DNA of 57,832 nt, taken from positions 1 to 57,832 of the forward strand of contig JAAYSE010000127.1 of the NCBI GenBank assembly GCA_012524135.1, read 5' to 3'. The DNA is from Candidatus Epulonipiscium sp. GTDB taxonomy: Bacteria; Bacillota; Clostridia; Lachnospirales; JAAYNZ01. The position numbers and the translations under genes were made by a program. The notes beneath the pieces were generated by a model. It was not told where the DNA came from. It was given only the letters and a program-made list of their open reading frames with translations, and searched no databases. This document shows, in pieces, positions 28,624-37,350 of this stretch (position 1 is the stretch's first letter; every line of letters starts with the position of its first letter).

Positions 28624-29504
28624 ATATAGAATCTATGTTAGCTAACAAAATACAAAAAGTAGACAAGCTGTTAAAGAATTATTTAACCCCTAATTCAGAG
28701 TATGAAGAAAAAATTTATGAAGCCATGAAATATAGTATTTTCGCTGGCGGAAAGAGAATTCGTCCTATTTTAATGATAGAAGCATATAATGTGTTAAATA
28801 ATTATGAAAAAGCTGTCGAACCTTTTGCTGTAGCTATTGAAATGATCCATACATATTCCTTGATTCATGATGACTTACCAGCTATGGATGATGATGATTA
28901 TCGTCGTGGAAAATTAACAAATCATAAAGTATATGGAGACGGGATTGCAATTTTAGCAGGGGATGCACTATTAAACTTAGCTTTTGAAATCATGATAGAA
29001 GGATCTTTACAAAATGATATGAAATTAGGGTTACAGGCTATGAAAATTCTTGGTGAAAGATCTGGAGTTCATGGAATGATTGGTGGACAAGTCATAGATC
29101 TTTTATCTGAAAACAGAGAAATATCAATAGAAACAGTAACTTACATACATGAGCATAAAACAGCAGCTTTAATTCATGCAGCAGTAGAAGTAGGTGTTCT
29201 TTTAGCAGGAGGAACAAAAGAACAACTAGAAAAAATGAAAAAATTTGGATATTATCTAGGTATGGCTTTTCAAATTCAAGATGATATTTTAGATAAAATT
29301 GGTAAACAAGAAATTTTAGGTAAGTCAATAGATAGTGACGAAAAAAACAAAAAGGCAACATACGTGTCTTTTTATGGATTAGAAAAATCAAAAGAACAAG
29401 TTATATTGTTATCAAAAAAAGCTTTTGAGTGTTTAAACTATTTTGGAGAATCTGCTGACTTTCTTAAGCAATTAACAAAATATTTGATGGATCGAAATTA
29501 TTAG
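28620..29504 (+). CDS. ispA: Farnesyl/geranyl diphosphate synthase (polyprenyl synthetase)
   Basis: First Asp-rich motif LIHDDLPAMDDDDYRRGK and second motif FQIQDDILD. TTG start after AAGGAGAG. Confidence 0.9.
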   Translation: MNIESMLANKIQKVDKLLKNYLTPNSEYEEKIYEAMKYSIFAGGKRIRPILMIEAYNVLNNYEKAVEPFAVAIEMIHTYSLIHDDLPAMDDDDYRRGKLTNHKVYGDGIAILAGDALLNLAFEIMIEGSLQNDMKLGLQAMKILGERSGVHGMIGGQVIDLLSENREISIETVTYIHEHKTAALIHAAVEVGVLLAGGTKEQLEKMKKFGYYLGMAFQIQDDILDKIGKQEILGKSIDSDEKNKKATYVSFYGLEKSKEQVILLSKKAFECLNYFGESADFLKQLTKYLMDRNY

Positions 29505-29515
29505 GGAGGTGCCAA

Positions 29516-29956
29516 ATGAAAGAATGGAGTTTTTATGGATATAATTATGTACTTAGTGTATCCATTATTTCATGGTTTGTGGCACAATTATTCAAAGTTT
29601 TTTTAGTTCTTATTCAAACAAAAAAAATTGATTTTTCTCGATTTATTGGTTCTGGAGGAATGCCTAGTTCTCATTCAGCTTTTGTTAGCGCTATGGCTAT
29701 ATCAGTAGGTAGACAGGAAGGATTTCATTCACCATTATTTGCGGTATGTTCTGTTTTGGGTCTTATTGTTATGTATGATGCTGCAGGAGTTAGAAGAGCA
29801 GCAGGAAAACAGGCTACGGTTTTAAATAAAATTATTGATGAGTTTGGTGATTCAAATTTAAAATTAGAAGAACGATTAAAAGAATTATTAGGACATACAC
29901 CTTTTGAAGTTATTGCAGGAGCTATTTTGGGAATGATTATAGGTTTTGTCTTGTAA
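29516..29956 (+). CDS. Divergent PAP2-family membrane protein (YuiD/DUF212-like)
   Basis: GGMPSSHSAFVSAMA...YDAAGVRRAAGKQA...LGHTPFEV, a PAP2-like motif set, about 4 TM segments, 146 aa. Confidence 0.7.
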   Translation: MKEWSFYGYNYVLSVSIISWFVAQLFKVFLVLIQTKKIDFSRFIGSGGMPSSHSAFVSAMAISVGRQEGFHSPLFAVCSVLGLIVMYDAAGVRRAAGKQATVLNKIIDEFGDSNLKLEERLKELLGHTPFEVIAGAILGMIIGFVL

Positions 29957-29989
29957 TATTTAAGATTTTAAGTATCCAATTTATTGATA

Positions 29990-30018
29990 TTGAATTTTTA
30001 TGATAACTCTGTTATAAT
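29990..30018 (+). promoter_or_regulatory. Candidate sigma-A promoter immediately upstream of the structured RNA region
   Basis: TTGAAT (29990-29995), 17 nt, TATAAT (30013-30018), with extended -10 TGt. The predicted start near 30025 would give an RNA of about 600 nt before the oapA RBS. Confidence 0.5.
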
Positions 30019-30024
30019 ATTTTA

Positions 30025-30640
30025 CACAAGACTTTCTCAAAATTGAAGATGCAGTATTCTAGTCAGTCTTTTTAATTCTGAAGACGGGCCTAAAAATCCG
30101 TTTAAGGGCATATCGATGAAGTTCCTGGTGTTGGCTGGTGACGCCCAGTTGCGGGCTGATGCTGGGAGTTAAGATTGGAGGGCGATCCACAATGGCATGT
30201 GGGCGTTGACCCTTCTTTCGTGGAGACTTATGTATGTGGATATAGTGGATATCTACAACATAAGAATAAACCTGTCATGCGGTTTAATAAGCTGTGGACA
30301 GTGTAGCCTGCCTTGCGTAAAAAGTGGAGGATATTGATTTACACAAATTTTTTTTGGCCAAGAAAAATTTGTGACTGTCAATAAAAACCCTTTTTGCAAA
30401 AGAGGCTAGGAATTAAAAATACTGTTGAGGAAAACTCCTAGACTGTTCGATTAGAGATATATATAGGATTACAGTGCGGCTAATCGGTGATCTAGCTCTA
30501 TTGTTGGCAACACAATAGGAATTTATTTAAAGGGAAACCACTTTTTTGGTGACAAAAAAGTATAGATTCGGGAAAACCTGCTAGACCTTAAGCTGCAAAA
30601 TTTACTATATATATTATCTTTAATTTTGAGAATTTATTGA
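30025..30640 (+). ncRNA. ole: Candidate OLE (ornate, large, extremophilic) RNA; the ends are approximate
   Basis: No ORF of 60 aa or more in any frame across 29957-30652. GC rises sharply: I count 35/60 G+C in 30121-30180 against 10/60 in 30661-30720. Many local helices are visible (30187-30202, 30227-30264, 30342-30373, 30406-30441, 30498-30518, 30540-30561). The context xseA-xseB-ispA-[RNA]-4TM protein-dxs-tlyA-nadK-argR-recN matches the published ole locus. Confidence 0.7.
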
Positions 30641-30652
30641 AGGAGATTTAGT

Positions 30653-31270
30653 TTGAATAAAAAATCATCCAATCAGAAAAATAAAATTAAATTTAAAACA
30701 ACTTACCATAAATCTATTAACTATTCATGGCTAGTGGGAATTACGATAGGAACTTTATTGTTAGCCATTTTATTTGGTTATATATCTTTGATTTTTATGG
30801 AAAAATTAAATGTTATTGGTGCTTCTTTGATTTTATTTCTTTTAATTTTTATTGGGGTTTTTTTTGATATTTTAGGAATTGCAGTAACAGCTGCTGATGA
30901 GGTTCCCTTTCACTCTATGGCTTCAAATAAAGTATCTGGTGCGAAAGAAAGTATTTTTTTAATTCGTAATGCAGGTATCGTGGCTAATTTTTGTAATGAT
31001 GTTATTGGAGATATTTCGGGAATTATTTCTGGTACAGCAACAGGAGCAATTATACTAAAAGTAAATCAAATTTATTCTATTAATTCTGTATTATGGAGCA
31101 TACTTTTAACAGCCATGGTAGCTGGAATAACTGTAGGCGGAAAAGCCTTAGGGAAAGAATTAGCATTAAAAAAAGCAAATGAAATTATATATCAATTAGG
31201 TATGATTTTACATATATATTCGCTTTTGAAAAAAGCTATTGTTAAAAAAAGCAATGAAAATAACATATAA
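30653..31270 (+). CDS. oapA: OLE-associated protein A-like four-TM membrane protein
   Basis: 205 aa with four hydrophobic helices and Asp-containing motifs FFDILGIAVTAADE and NFCNDVIGDISG. TTG start after AAGGAGA. Lies immediately 3' of the candidate OLE RNA and 5' of dxs. Confidence 0.65.
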   Translation: MNKKSSNQKNKIKFKTTYHKSINYSWLVGITIGTLLLAILFGYISLIFMEKLNVIGASLILFLLIFIGVFFDILGIAVTAADEVPFHSMASNKVSGAKESIFLIRNAGIVANFCNDVIGDISGIISGTATGAIILKVNQIYSINSVLWSILLTAMVAGITVGGKALGKELALKKANEIIYQLGMILHIYSLLKKAIVKKSNENNI

Positions 31271-31308
31271 AGTGACAATCCTTTTAAATAGAGGGTTGTC
31301 ACTTTTTT
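31271..31308 (+). terminator. Rho-independent terminator after oapA
   Basis: 12-bp stem AGTGACAATCCT/AGGGTTGTCACT (one G-U pair), 9-nt loop, T6 tract. Confidence 0.7.
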
Positions 31309-31382
31309 AAAAAAATATGTTAAAACAAAGAAAAATATGGTATGATATAGACATGTTTGGATTTTATAAAGAAGGTGAAAAT

Positions 31383-33284
31383 GTGAAAAATCAATTAGAA
31401 CAAATTCATTCACCGAAAGATCTCAAAACATATAATATAAAACAATTAGAAGCGTTAGCTAAAGAGATACGAAGTTTTTTACTACAGTCCATTAGTCAAA
31501 CAGGTGGACACTTAGGTTCTAATTTGGGTGTTGTAGAATTAACACTAGCTTTACATTATTGTTTTGACTCTCCTAAGGACAAGCTGATTTGGGATGTAGG
31601 TCATCAATCTTATGTTCATAAAATAGTAACAGGTCGAAAAGATTTTTTTTCTACTTTGAGACAAACAGATGGACTGAGTGGCTTTCCTAAAACAGTGGAA
31701 AGTAGTCATGATATCTTTAATACAGGTCATAGTTCTACGTCTATTTCAGCTGGTTTAGGTTTAGCTAAAGCAAGAGACTTAGCCAAAAAAGATTTTTCTG
31801 TTATTTCTATTATTGGAGATGGATCTTTAACAGGTGGCATGGCATTTGAAGCACTAAATGATGCAGGAAGAGGGAATACAAATTTGATTGTCGTTTTAAA
31901 TGATAATCAAATGTCTATTTCTCGAAATGTAGGAGGTTTATCTCAACATTTAAGTAAAATAAGAACAGAACCTATATATCTTGAAATAAAAGATGATATG
32001 GAACAAATATTAAAAAAGATTCCAGGTATTGGACCAGGTTTAATTCAAACTATGGGAAAAGCTAAAGAAAGTATTAAGTATTTTTTTATTCCAGGTATTT
32101 TATTTGAAGAATTAGGTTTTACTTATGTAGGCCCTATTGATGGTCATAACCTAGAATCATTAATTACTGTCTTTAAAAAAGTGAAGAATATGAAAGGTCC
32201 TATCTTTGTTCATGTAAAAACAATTAAAGGGAAAGGGTATCATCCAGCAGAAACGAAGCCTTGTAATTATCATGGTGTAAGTCCATTTTCTTTAAAAACT
32301 GGGAAACCGATACAAGATTCAAAACAAGAAACTTATTCTGAAGTTTTTGGGAAAACATTAGTACGTTTGGCACATAAGAATAAAAAAATAGTAACCATTA
32401 CAGCAGCTATGCCAGAAGGAACAGGATTAGGTTTTTTTTCAAAGATGTATCCTCAACGTTTTTTTGATGTAGGTATTGCAGAACAACATGCGGTAACTTT
32501 TGCAGCTGGTTTAGCTACAGGAGGATATAAGCCGGTGGTAGCTATTTATTCATCCTTTTTACAAAGAAGTTATGATCAAATTCTTCATGATGTTTGTTTA
32601 CAAAATCTTCCTGTTGTTTTTGCTATTGATCGTGCTGGCATTGTAGGAGCCGATGGAGAAACACATCAAGGAATATTTGATTTATCTTATTTATCGCATA
32701 TTCCTAATTTAGCTTTAATGGCACCTAAAAATAAAATAGAATTTATACAAATGTTAGAATATGCTATTTCCTATCAGGGTCCTATAGCTATTCGTTATCC
32801 ACGAGGAAGTGTTTCTAATATTTGTTCCACCATACAAACTCCTATTTATCATGGAAAAGTTGAATACTTATTAAAAGGAGAAGATATTGGAATTATTGCT
32901 ATTGGGAAAATGGTTGATACAGCTTGGAATGTAGTAGAAAAATTACATAAAAGAGGATTTCATCCATCTTTAATTAATGCGAGATTTGTATCACCTATAG
33001 ATGAAAAAGCTATTTTACAAATAGCCAATCAAAATTCTTACTTATTTACTATAGAAGATAATATTATATCTGGTGGCTTTGGTATGAAAGTATTAGAAAT
33101 TTTAATGAAATATGAAATAAATCACATTTCATTTCACGCTTTTGGATTTCCTAAAAAATTTATTGAACAAGGAAATTGTGAACAACTTTATCTTAAATAT
33201 GGTTTGGACTCAGATAGTATAGCAAGGGAAATGATAATGCGATGTAAAAAAAATAGAATTAAAGGTGATGTGAAAAATGGATAA
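31383..33284 (+). CDS. dxs: 1-deoxy-D-xylulose-5-phosphate synthase
   Basis: GGHLGSNLGVVELTLALHY and the ThDP motif GDGSLTGGMAFEALN, plus transketolase-like domains. GTG 31383 after GAAGGTG gives the usual N-terminus (..QLEQIHSPKDLK). The track start 31317 begins only 9 nt after the terminator's T-tract. Confidence 0.9.
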   Translation: MKNQLEQIHSPKDLKTYNIKQLEALAKEIRSFLLQSISQTGGHLGSNLGVVELTLALHYCFDSPKDKLIWDVGHQSYVHKIVTGRKDFFSTLRQTDGLSGFPKTVESSHDIFNTGHSSTSISAGLGLAKARDLAKKDFSVISIIGDGSLTGGMAFEALNDAGRGNTNLIVVLNDNQMSISRNVGGLSQHLSKIRTEPIYLEIKDDMEQILKKIPGIGPGLIQTMGKAKESIKYFFIPGILFEELGFTYVGPIDGHNLESLITVFKKVKNMKGPIFVHVKTIKGKGYHPAETKPCNYHGVSPFSLKTGKPIQDSKQETYSEVFGKTLVRLAHKNKKIVTITAAMPEGTGLGFFSKMYPQRFFDVGIAEQHAVTFAAGLATGGYKPVVAIYSSFLQRSYDQILHDVCLQNLPVVFAIDRAGIVGADGETHQGIFDLSYLSHIPNLALMAPKNKIEFIQMLEYAISYQGPIAIRYPRGSVSNICSTIQTPIYHGKVEYLLKGEDIGIIAIGKMVDTAWNVVEKLHKRGFHPSLINARFVSPIDEKAILQIANQNSYLFTIEDNIISGGFGMKVLEILMKYEINHISFHAFGFPKKFIEQGNCEQLYLKYGLDSDSIAREMIMRCKKNRIKGDVKNG

Positions 33285-34107
33285 GCAACCAAAAGAAAGA
33301 CTTGATATACTTTTGGTAAACAATCATTTAGCGTCTTCTCGAGAACAAGCAAAAGCTTTTATAATGGCTGGACAAGTTTATGTAGAGGATCAAAGAGAAG
33401 ATAAACCAGGGGCGAAATTTGCTACAGATGTAAATATTATTTTAAAGCAAAATCAAAAACCGTATGCAAGTAGAGGTGGGTATAAATTAGAAAAGGCATT
33501 ACAATCTTTTCCTATTTCTTTAAATAATAAAGTTGCTTTAGATATAGGAGCTTCAACTGGAGGGTTTACGGATTGTATGCTTCAAAATGGAGCTAAAAAA
33601 GTATATGCAATAGATGTAGGATATGGTCAACTAGCTTGGGAATTACGACAAGATTCTAGGGTAATCACCATGGAAAAGACGAATATACGTTATGTACAGC
33701 CAGAAGATATACCAGAAAAAGCAGATTTTGCTTCGATTGATGTATCTTTTATTTCTCTGACAAAAGTATTACCAGCTGTAAAGCATCTTTTGAAAGATAA
33801 TGGTGAAATTGTATCTTTAATTAAACCTCAATTTGAAGCAGGTAGGGAGAAAGTAGGGAAAAAAGGAGTAGTTAAGGATCCTAAAATTCATAAACAAGTA
33901 ATTTTAAATATTATTAATTTTGTTCATTCACAAGGCTTATTTGTTTATCAATTAGATTATTCACCTATTAAAGGACCAAAAGGAAATATTGAATATTTAT
34001 TATATATTGGTTTAACTCCTTTAGTATCAAAATCAGATTTAAATATAGATGACTGTAAAGATCAAGTACAACAGATTGTACAAATGGCTCATGAAAACCT
34101 TAAATAA
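33277..34107 (+). CDS. tlyA: TlyA-family rRNA 2'-O-methyltransferase
   Basis: S4 domain RLDILLVNNHLASSREQAKAFIMAGQVYV and SAM motif DIGASTGGFTDCMLQNGAKKVYAIDVG. Confidence 0.85.
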   Translation: MDKQPKERLDILLVNNHLASSREQAKAFIMAGQVYVEDQREDKPGAKFATDVNIILKQNQKPYASRGGYKLEKALQSFPISLNNKVALDIGASTGGFTDCMLQNGAKKVYAIDVGYGQLAWELRQDSRVITMEKTNIRYVQPEDIPEKADFASIDVSFISLTKVLPAVKHLLKDNGEIVSLIKPQFEAGREKVGKKGVVKDPKIHKQVILNIINFVHSQGLFVYQLDYSPIKGPKGNIEYLLYIGLTPLVSKSDLNIDDCKDQVQQIVQMAHENLK

Positions 34108-34118
34108 GGAGGAGTGAG

Positions 34119-35018
34119 ATGAAAATTATAGGACTTGTTCCTAATTTAAAAAAGGATATTGATTTACAACATACTCGGTCTTTAATTCAATGGTTAGAAC
34201 AAAAAAAGATACAAGTAAAAATTCCTCAAACTATAGGTGGTATTTTAGGACGAATAGATTTAGAGTGTTCGATAGAACTTTTATATCAACAAGCTGACTT
34301 TTTGGTTGCTTTAGGTGGTGATGGAACTATTTTAAGTACAGCTCGTCAGGCAGCTCCTTTTTCCAAACCTATTCTAGGAGTGAATTTGGGCAAATTAGGT
34401 TTTTTAGCAGAAGTAGAAAAAACAGCTTCGTTTACTGCTTTAGAACAAATATTGCAAGGTCATTATACAATTGAAAAACGTATGATGTTGGATGCCATCA
34501 TCATTTCTCAAAATAAAATTTTATCAGATCCCTTTATTGCTTTAAATGATGCAGTGATTACAAGAGGATCTTTTTCACGAATGGCTGATTTATATATTTA
34601 TGTTAATAATGAATTTGTAAATCGTTTTTCAGCAGATGGAATTATTATTTCTACACCTACAGGTTCTACAGGATACAATTTATCTGCTGGAGGACCTATT
34701 ATACATCCTTCAACAGAAGCAATGGTTATTACTCCTATTTGTTCTCACTCTTTATATGCTAGATCTTTTGTTGTTTCCCAACAAGATATTGTTACAATTC
34801 ATATTGGTGGACAGTATATAGATCAAGAAAATAATAAAATAGAAGAAGAGATTCCCCATGAAATGATGTTAACCTTAGATGGACAATTGGGATATAGTTT
34901 ACAAAGAGAGGATAAAATTGTTATTCAAAAATCATCTTACTATACTCATCTTATTAAAACAACAGAACAAAATTTTTACGATATTGTAAGGAAAAAAATC
35001 GTAGGAGGTAGAAAGTGA
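34119..35018 (+). CDS. nadK: NAD kinase
   Basis: GGDGT motif and ADGIIISTPTGSTGYNLSAGGPI. Confidence 0.9.
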   Translation: MKIIGLVPNLKKDIDLQHTRSLIQWLEQKKIQVKIPQTIGGILGRIDLECSIELLYQQADFLVALGGDGTILSTARQAAPFSKPILGVNLGKLGFLAEVEKTASFTALEQILQGHYTIEKRMMLDAIIISQNKILSDPFIALNDAVITRGSFSRMADLYIYVNNEFVNRFSADGIIISTPTGSTGYNLSAGGPIIHPSTEAMVITPICSHSLYARSFVVSQQDIVTIHIGGQYIDQENNKIEEEIPHEMMLTLDGQLGYSLQREDKIVIQKSSYYTHLIKTTEQNFYDIVRKKIVGGRK

Positions 35019-35027
35019 GAGATAACA

Positions 35028-35492
35028 ATGAAAGCAGAAAGACAATCTAAAATTTTACAGTTAATCAAAAAATACGAAATTGAAACTCAAGAAGAACTTG
35101 CAAATCAATTAATTGCTAGTGGATTTCAAGTTACTCAAGCAACTATTTCAAGAGATATTAGAGAGTTGAAACTTACCAAAATTACAACTTCTACAGGTGG
35201 ACAAAAATACGCTGTATTAAATCCACAGGAACAACATATATCAAACAAACTGATTCGTGTATTTAGAGATGCTTTTGTTTCCATGGATCGTGCTCAAAAT
35301 ATTTTGGTTATTAAAACATTAACAGGGATGGCTATGGCAGTGGCTGCTGCCTTAGATGCTATGAATTTCCATGAAATTATTGGTTGTATTGCTGGAGATG
35401 ATACTATTTTTTGTGCTATTCGAACAGAAGAAGATACTCTTGAAGTCATGAAAAAATTACAACGCTTAACGACTATACGTGTCTTGGATTAA
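35028..35492 (+). CDS. argR: Arginine repressor
   Basis: Winged-helix ...ETQEELANQLIASGFQVTQATISRDIRELKL and the C-terminal GCIAGDDTIF motif. Confidence 0.9.
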   Translation: MKAERQSKILQLIKKYEIETQEELANQLIASGFQVTQATISRDIRELKLTKITTSTGGQKYAVLNPQEQHISNKLIRVFRDAFVSMDRAQNILVIKTLTGMAMAVAAALDAMNFHEIIGCIAGDDTIFCAIRTEEDTLEVMKKLQRLTTIRVLD

Positions 35493-35519
35493 ATTCTATT
35501 ATTAGATGGGAGGAAATGG

Positions 35520-37220
35520 ATGCTAATCCATCTATATATTAAAAATATTGCATTAATTGATGAAATTCATCTTGATCTTCATGAATCTTTTAATATTTTA
35601 ACAGGTGAAACAGGTGCAGGAAAGTCTATATTAATTGATTCTATTAATTTAGCTCTTGGTGGTCGAGTGAATAGAGAACTTATCCGAAATAAAGAGGAAG
35701 AGGCAGTAGTAGAATTGCTTTTTCAAATTCATAATGAGACCACCTTGAAAATACTAGAAAAGTTTGGTTTATCCACAGATGAAGAACAATGCTTATTAGT
35801 TTCTAGAACAATTCAAAAAACTGGTAGAAGTTTATCTCGTATTAATGGTAGGTTAGTAACTTTAAGCATGCTAAAAGAGATTACAGCACATTTAATTGAT
35901 GTACATGGGCAACACGAACATCAATCTTTGCTCAATACGAGTATGCATATAGAATTATTAGATCAATTTTGTCCTAAAGAATTAAAAGAATTAAAACAAC
36001 AACTTTCTATATTATATCAAAAATATAGTCAATTTAAACATCAACTTAATCGATTTAGTTTTAATGAACAAGAAAAAATAAGACAATTGGATTTATTAGA
36101 ATTTCAGCTTAACGAAATAAATCAAGCTAATTTAAGAGAAGAAGAAGAAGAAAAATTATTAGTTAAGCGAAAAATTTATTCCAATGCTCAAAAAATATCT
36201 ACAGGACTTTATCAAGTATATCAATTATTACAAGGTGAAAATCAACAAACTAAATCGGTAATTGAACAATTAGGTGAAGTAATTAGTATTTTGGGGGAAT
36301 TAAGTACAATAGATCCCTCTCTAAATTCATTGTATCAAAATATAGAAACCATTCATATTCAGTTACAAGAGTATAATCGTGATTTATCAACTTATTTAGT
36401 CGAAATAGAAAATGATCCTCATATATTAGATCAAATAGAAAATCGTTTACATATTATTTATAATTTAAAACGGAAATATGGTTCTTCTATTACAGAAATT
36501 TTGCGATATAAAAAACAACTTGAATCTGAAATTGAAATCTTACAACATAGTCAAGAGCATAATGAATATATTCGTAAAGAAATGAATAAAATCCAAAAAC
36601 AAATGGAAGAATTATGTCATAGTATAACAATTATAAGAAAAAAAACAGGACTTCAATTAGAGCAACAGATTGAAAAGCATCTTCAATCTCTTCAATTAAA
36701 AGATTCTAAATTTAAAATTTCTATCGAAAATAAGATCAATATTTCATCTAATGGCTGGGATAAAGTGGAGTTTCTAATTTCAACGAATATAGGGGAACCT
36801 GTAAAACCTTTGACCAAAATTGCCTCTGGTGGAGAAATGTCTCGTATTATGTTAGCTATAAAAACAGTATTGGCTGATGTAGATGATATTGAAACCCTTA
36901 TTTTTGATGAAATAGATACGGGAATTAGTGGTCGAACAGCACAAAAAGTAGCAGAAAAATTAATGTTTATTGCAAAACAACATCAAATAATTTGTATTAC
37001 TCATTTACCTCAAATTGCTGCTATGGCAGATCGGCATTATTTAATTCAAAAAACAACAAAAAATACTCATACAACTACATATATTCATTTATTATCAGAT
37101 GAACAAATTATACAAGAATTAGCTCGTTTGGTTGGAGGAGCAGTTATTACTTCAACTACTTTAAAAAACGCAAAAGAAATGAAGCAATTAGCGAATCAAT
37201 TAAAAGTCAATAAAAACTAA
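35520..37220 (+). CDS. recN: DNA repair protein RecN
   Basis: Walker A LTGETGAGKSILIDS, long coiled-coil, signature ASGGEMSRIMLAIK and Walker B LIFDEIDTG. Confidence 0.9.
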   Translation: MLIHLYIKNIALIDEIHLDLHESFNILTGETGAGKSILIDSINLALGGRVNRELIRNKEEEAVVELLFQIHNETTLKILEKFGLSTDEEQCLLVSRTIQKTGRSLSRINGRLVTLSMLKEITAHLIDVHGQHEHQSLLNTSMHIELLDQFCPKELKELKQQLSILYQKYSQFKHQLNRFSFNEQEKIRQLDLLEFQLNEINQANLREEEEEKLLVKRKIYSNAQKISTGLYQVYQLLQGENQQTKSVIEQLGEVISILGELSTIDPSLNSLYQNIETIHIQLQEYNRDLSTYLVEIENDPHILDQIENRLHIIYNLKRKYGSSITEILRYKKQLESEIEILQHSQEHNEYIRKEMNKIQKQMEELCHSITIIRKKTGLQLEQQIEKHLQSLQLKDSKFKISIENKINISSNGWDKVEFLISTNIGEPVKPLTKIASGGEMSRIMLAIKTVLADVDDIETLIFDEIDTGISGRTAQKVAEKLMFIAKQHQIICITHLPQIAAMADRHYLIQKTTKNTHTTTYIHLLSDEQIIQELARLVGGAVITSTTLKNAKEMKQLANQLKVNKN

Positions 37221-37350
37221 GTATATTTTTCCACTTTTTATTATTCCTAAGTATTTGTTTTTTTAAGATAAATTGGCTTGTATAATCCTACTTCAAAAAG
37301 GATATTTTAAAGATATAAAAGATAGCTTTGGAGTTAGGAAGTGGGAAAGT

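Noticed and set aside
29957-30652. Alternative identities for the ORF-free structured region: RNase P RNA, tmRNA, SRP RNA, an rRNA fragment, a CRISPR array, a riboswitch/T-box leader for oapA, or a degraded mobile element
   Set aside because: I found no RNase P signature (GGAAAGTCCGG-type), no tmRNA tRNA-like ends or tag ORF, and no direct repeat/spacer periodicity. There are no terminal inverted repeats or transposase remnants. At about 600 nt it is much longer than any riboswitch or T-box. Synteny fits OLE best. Still, only a covariance-model search can confirm this.
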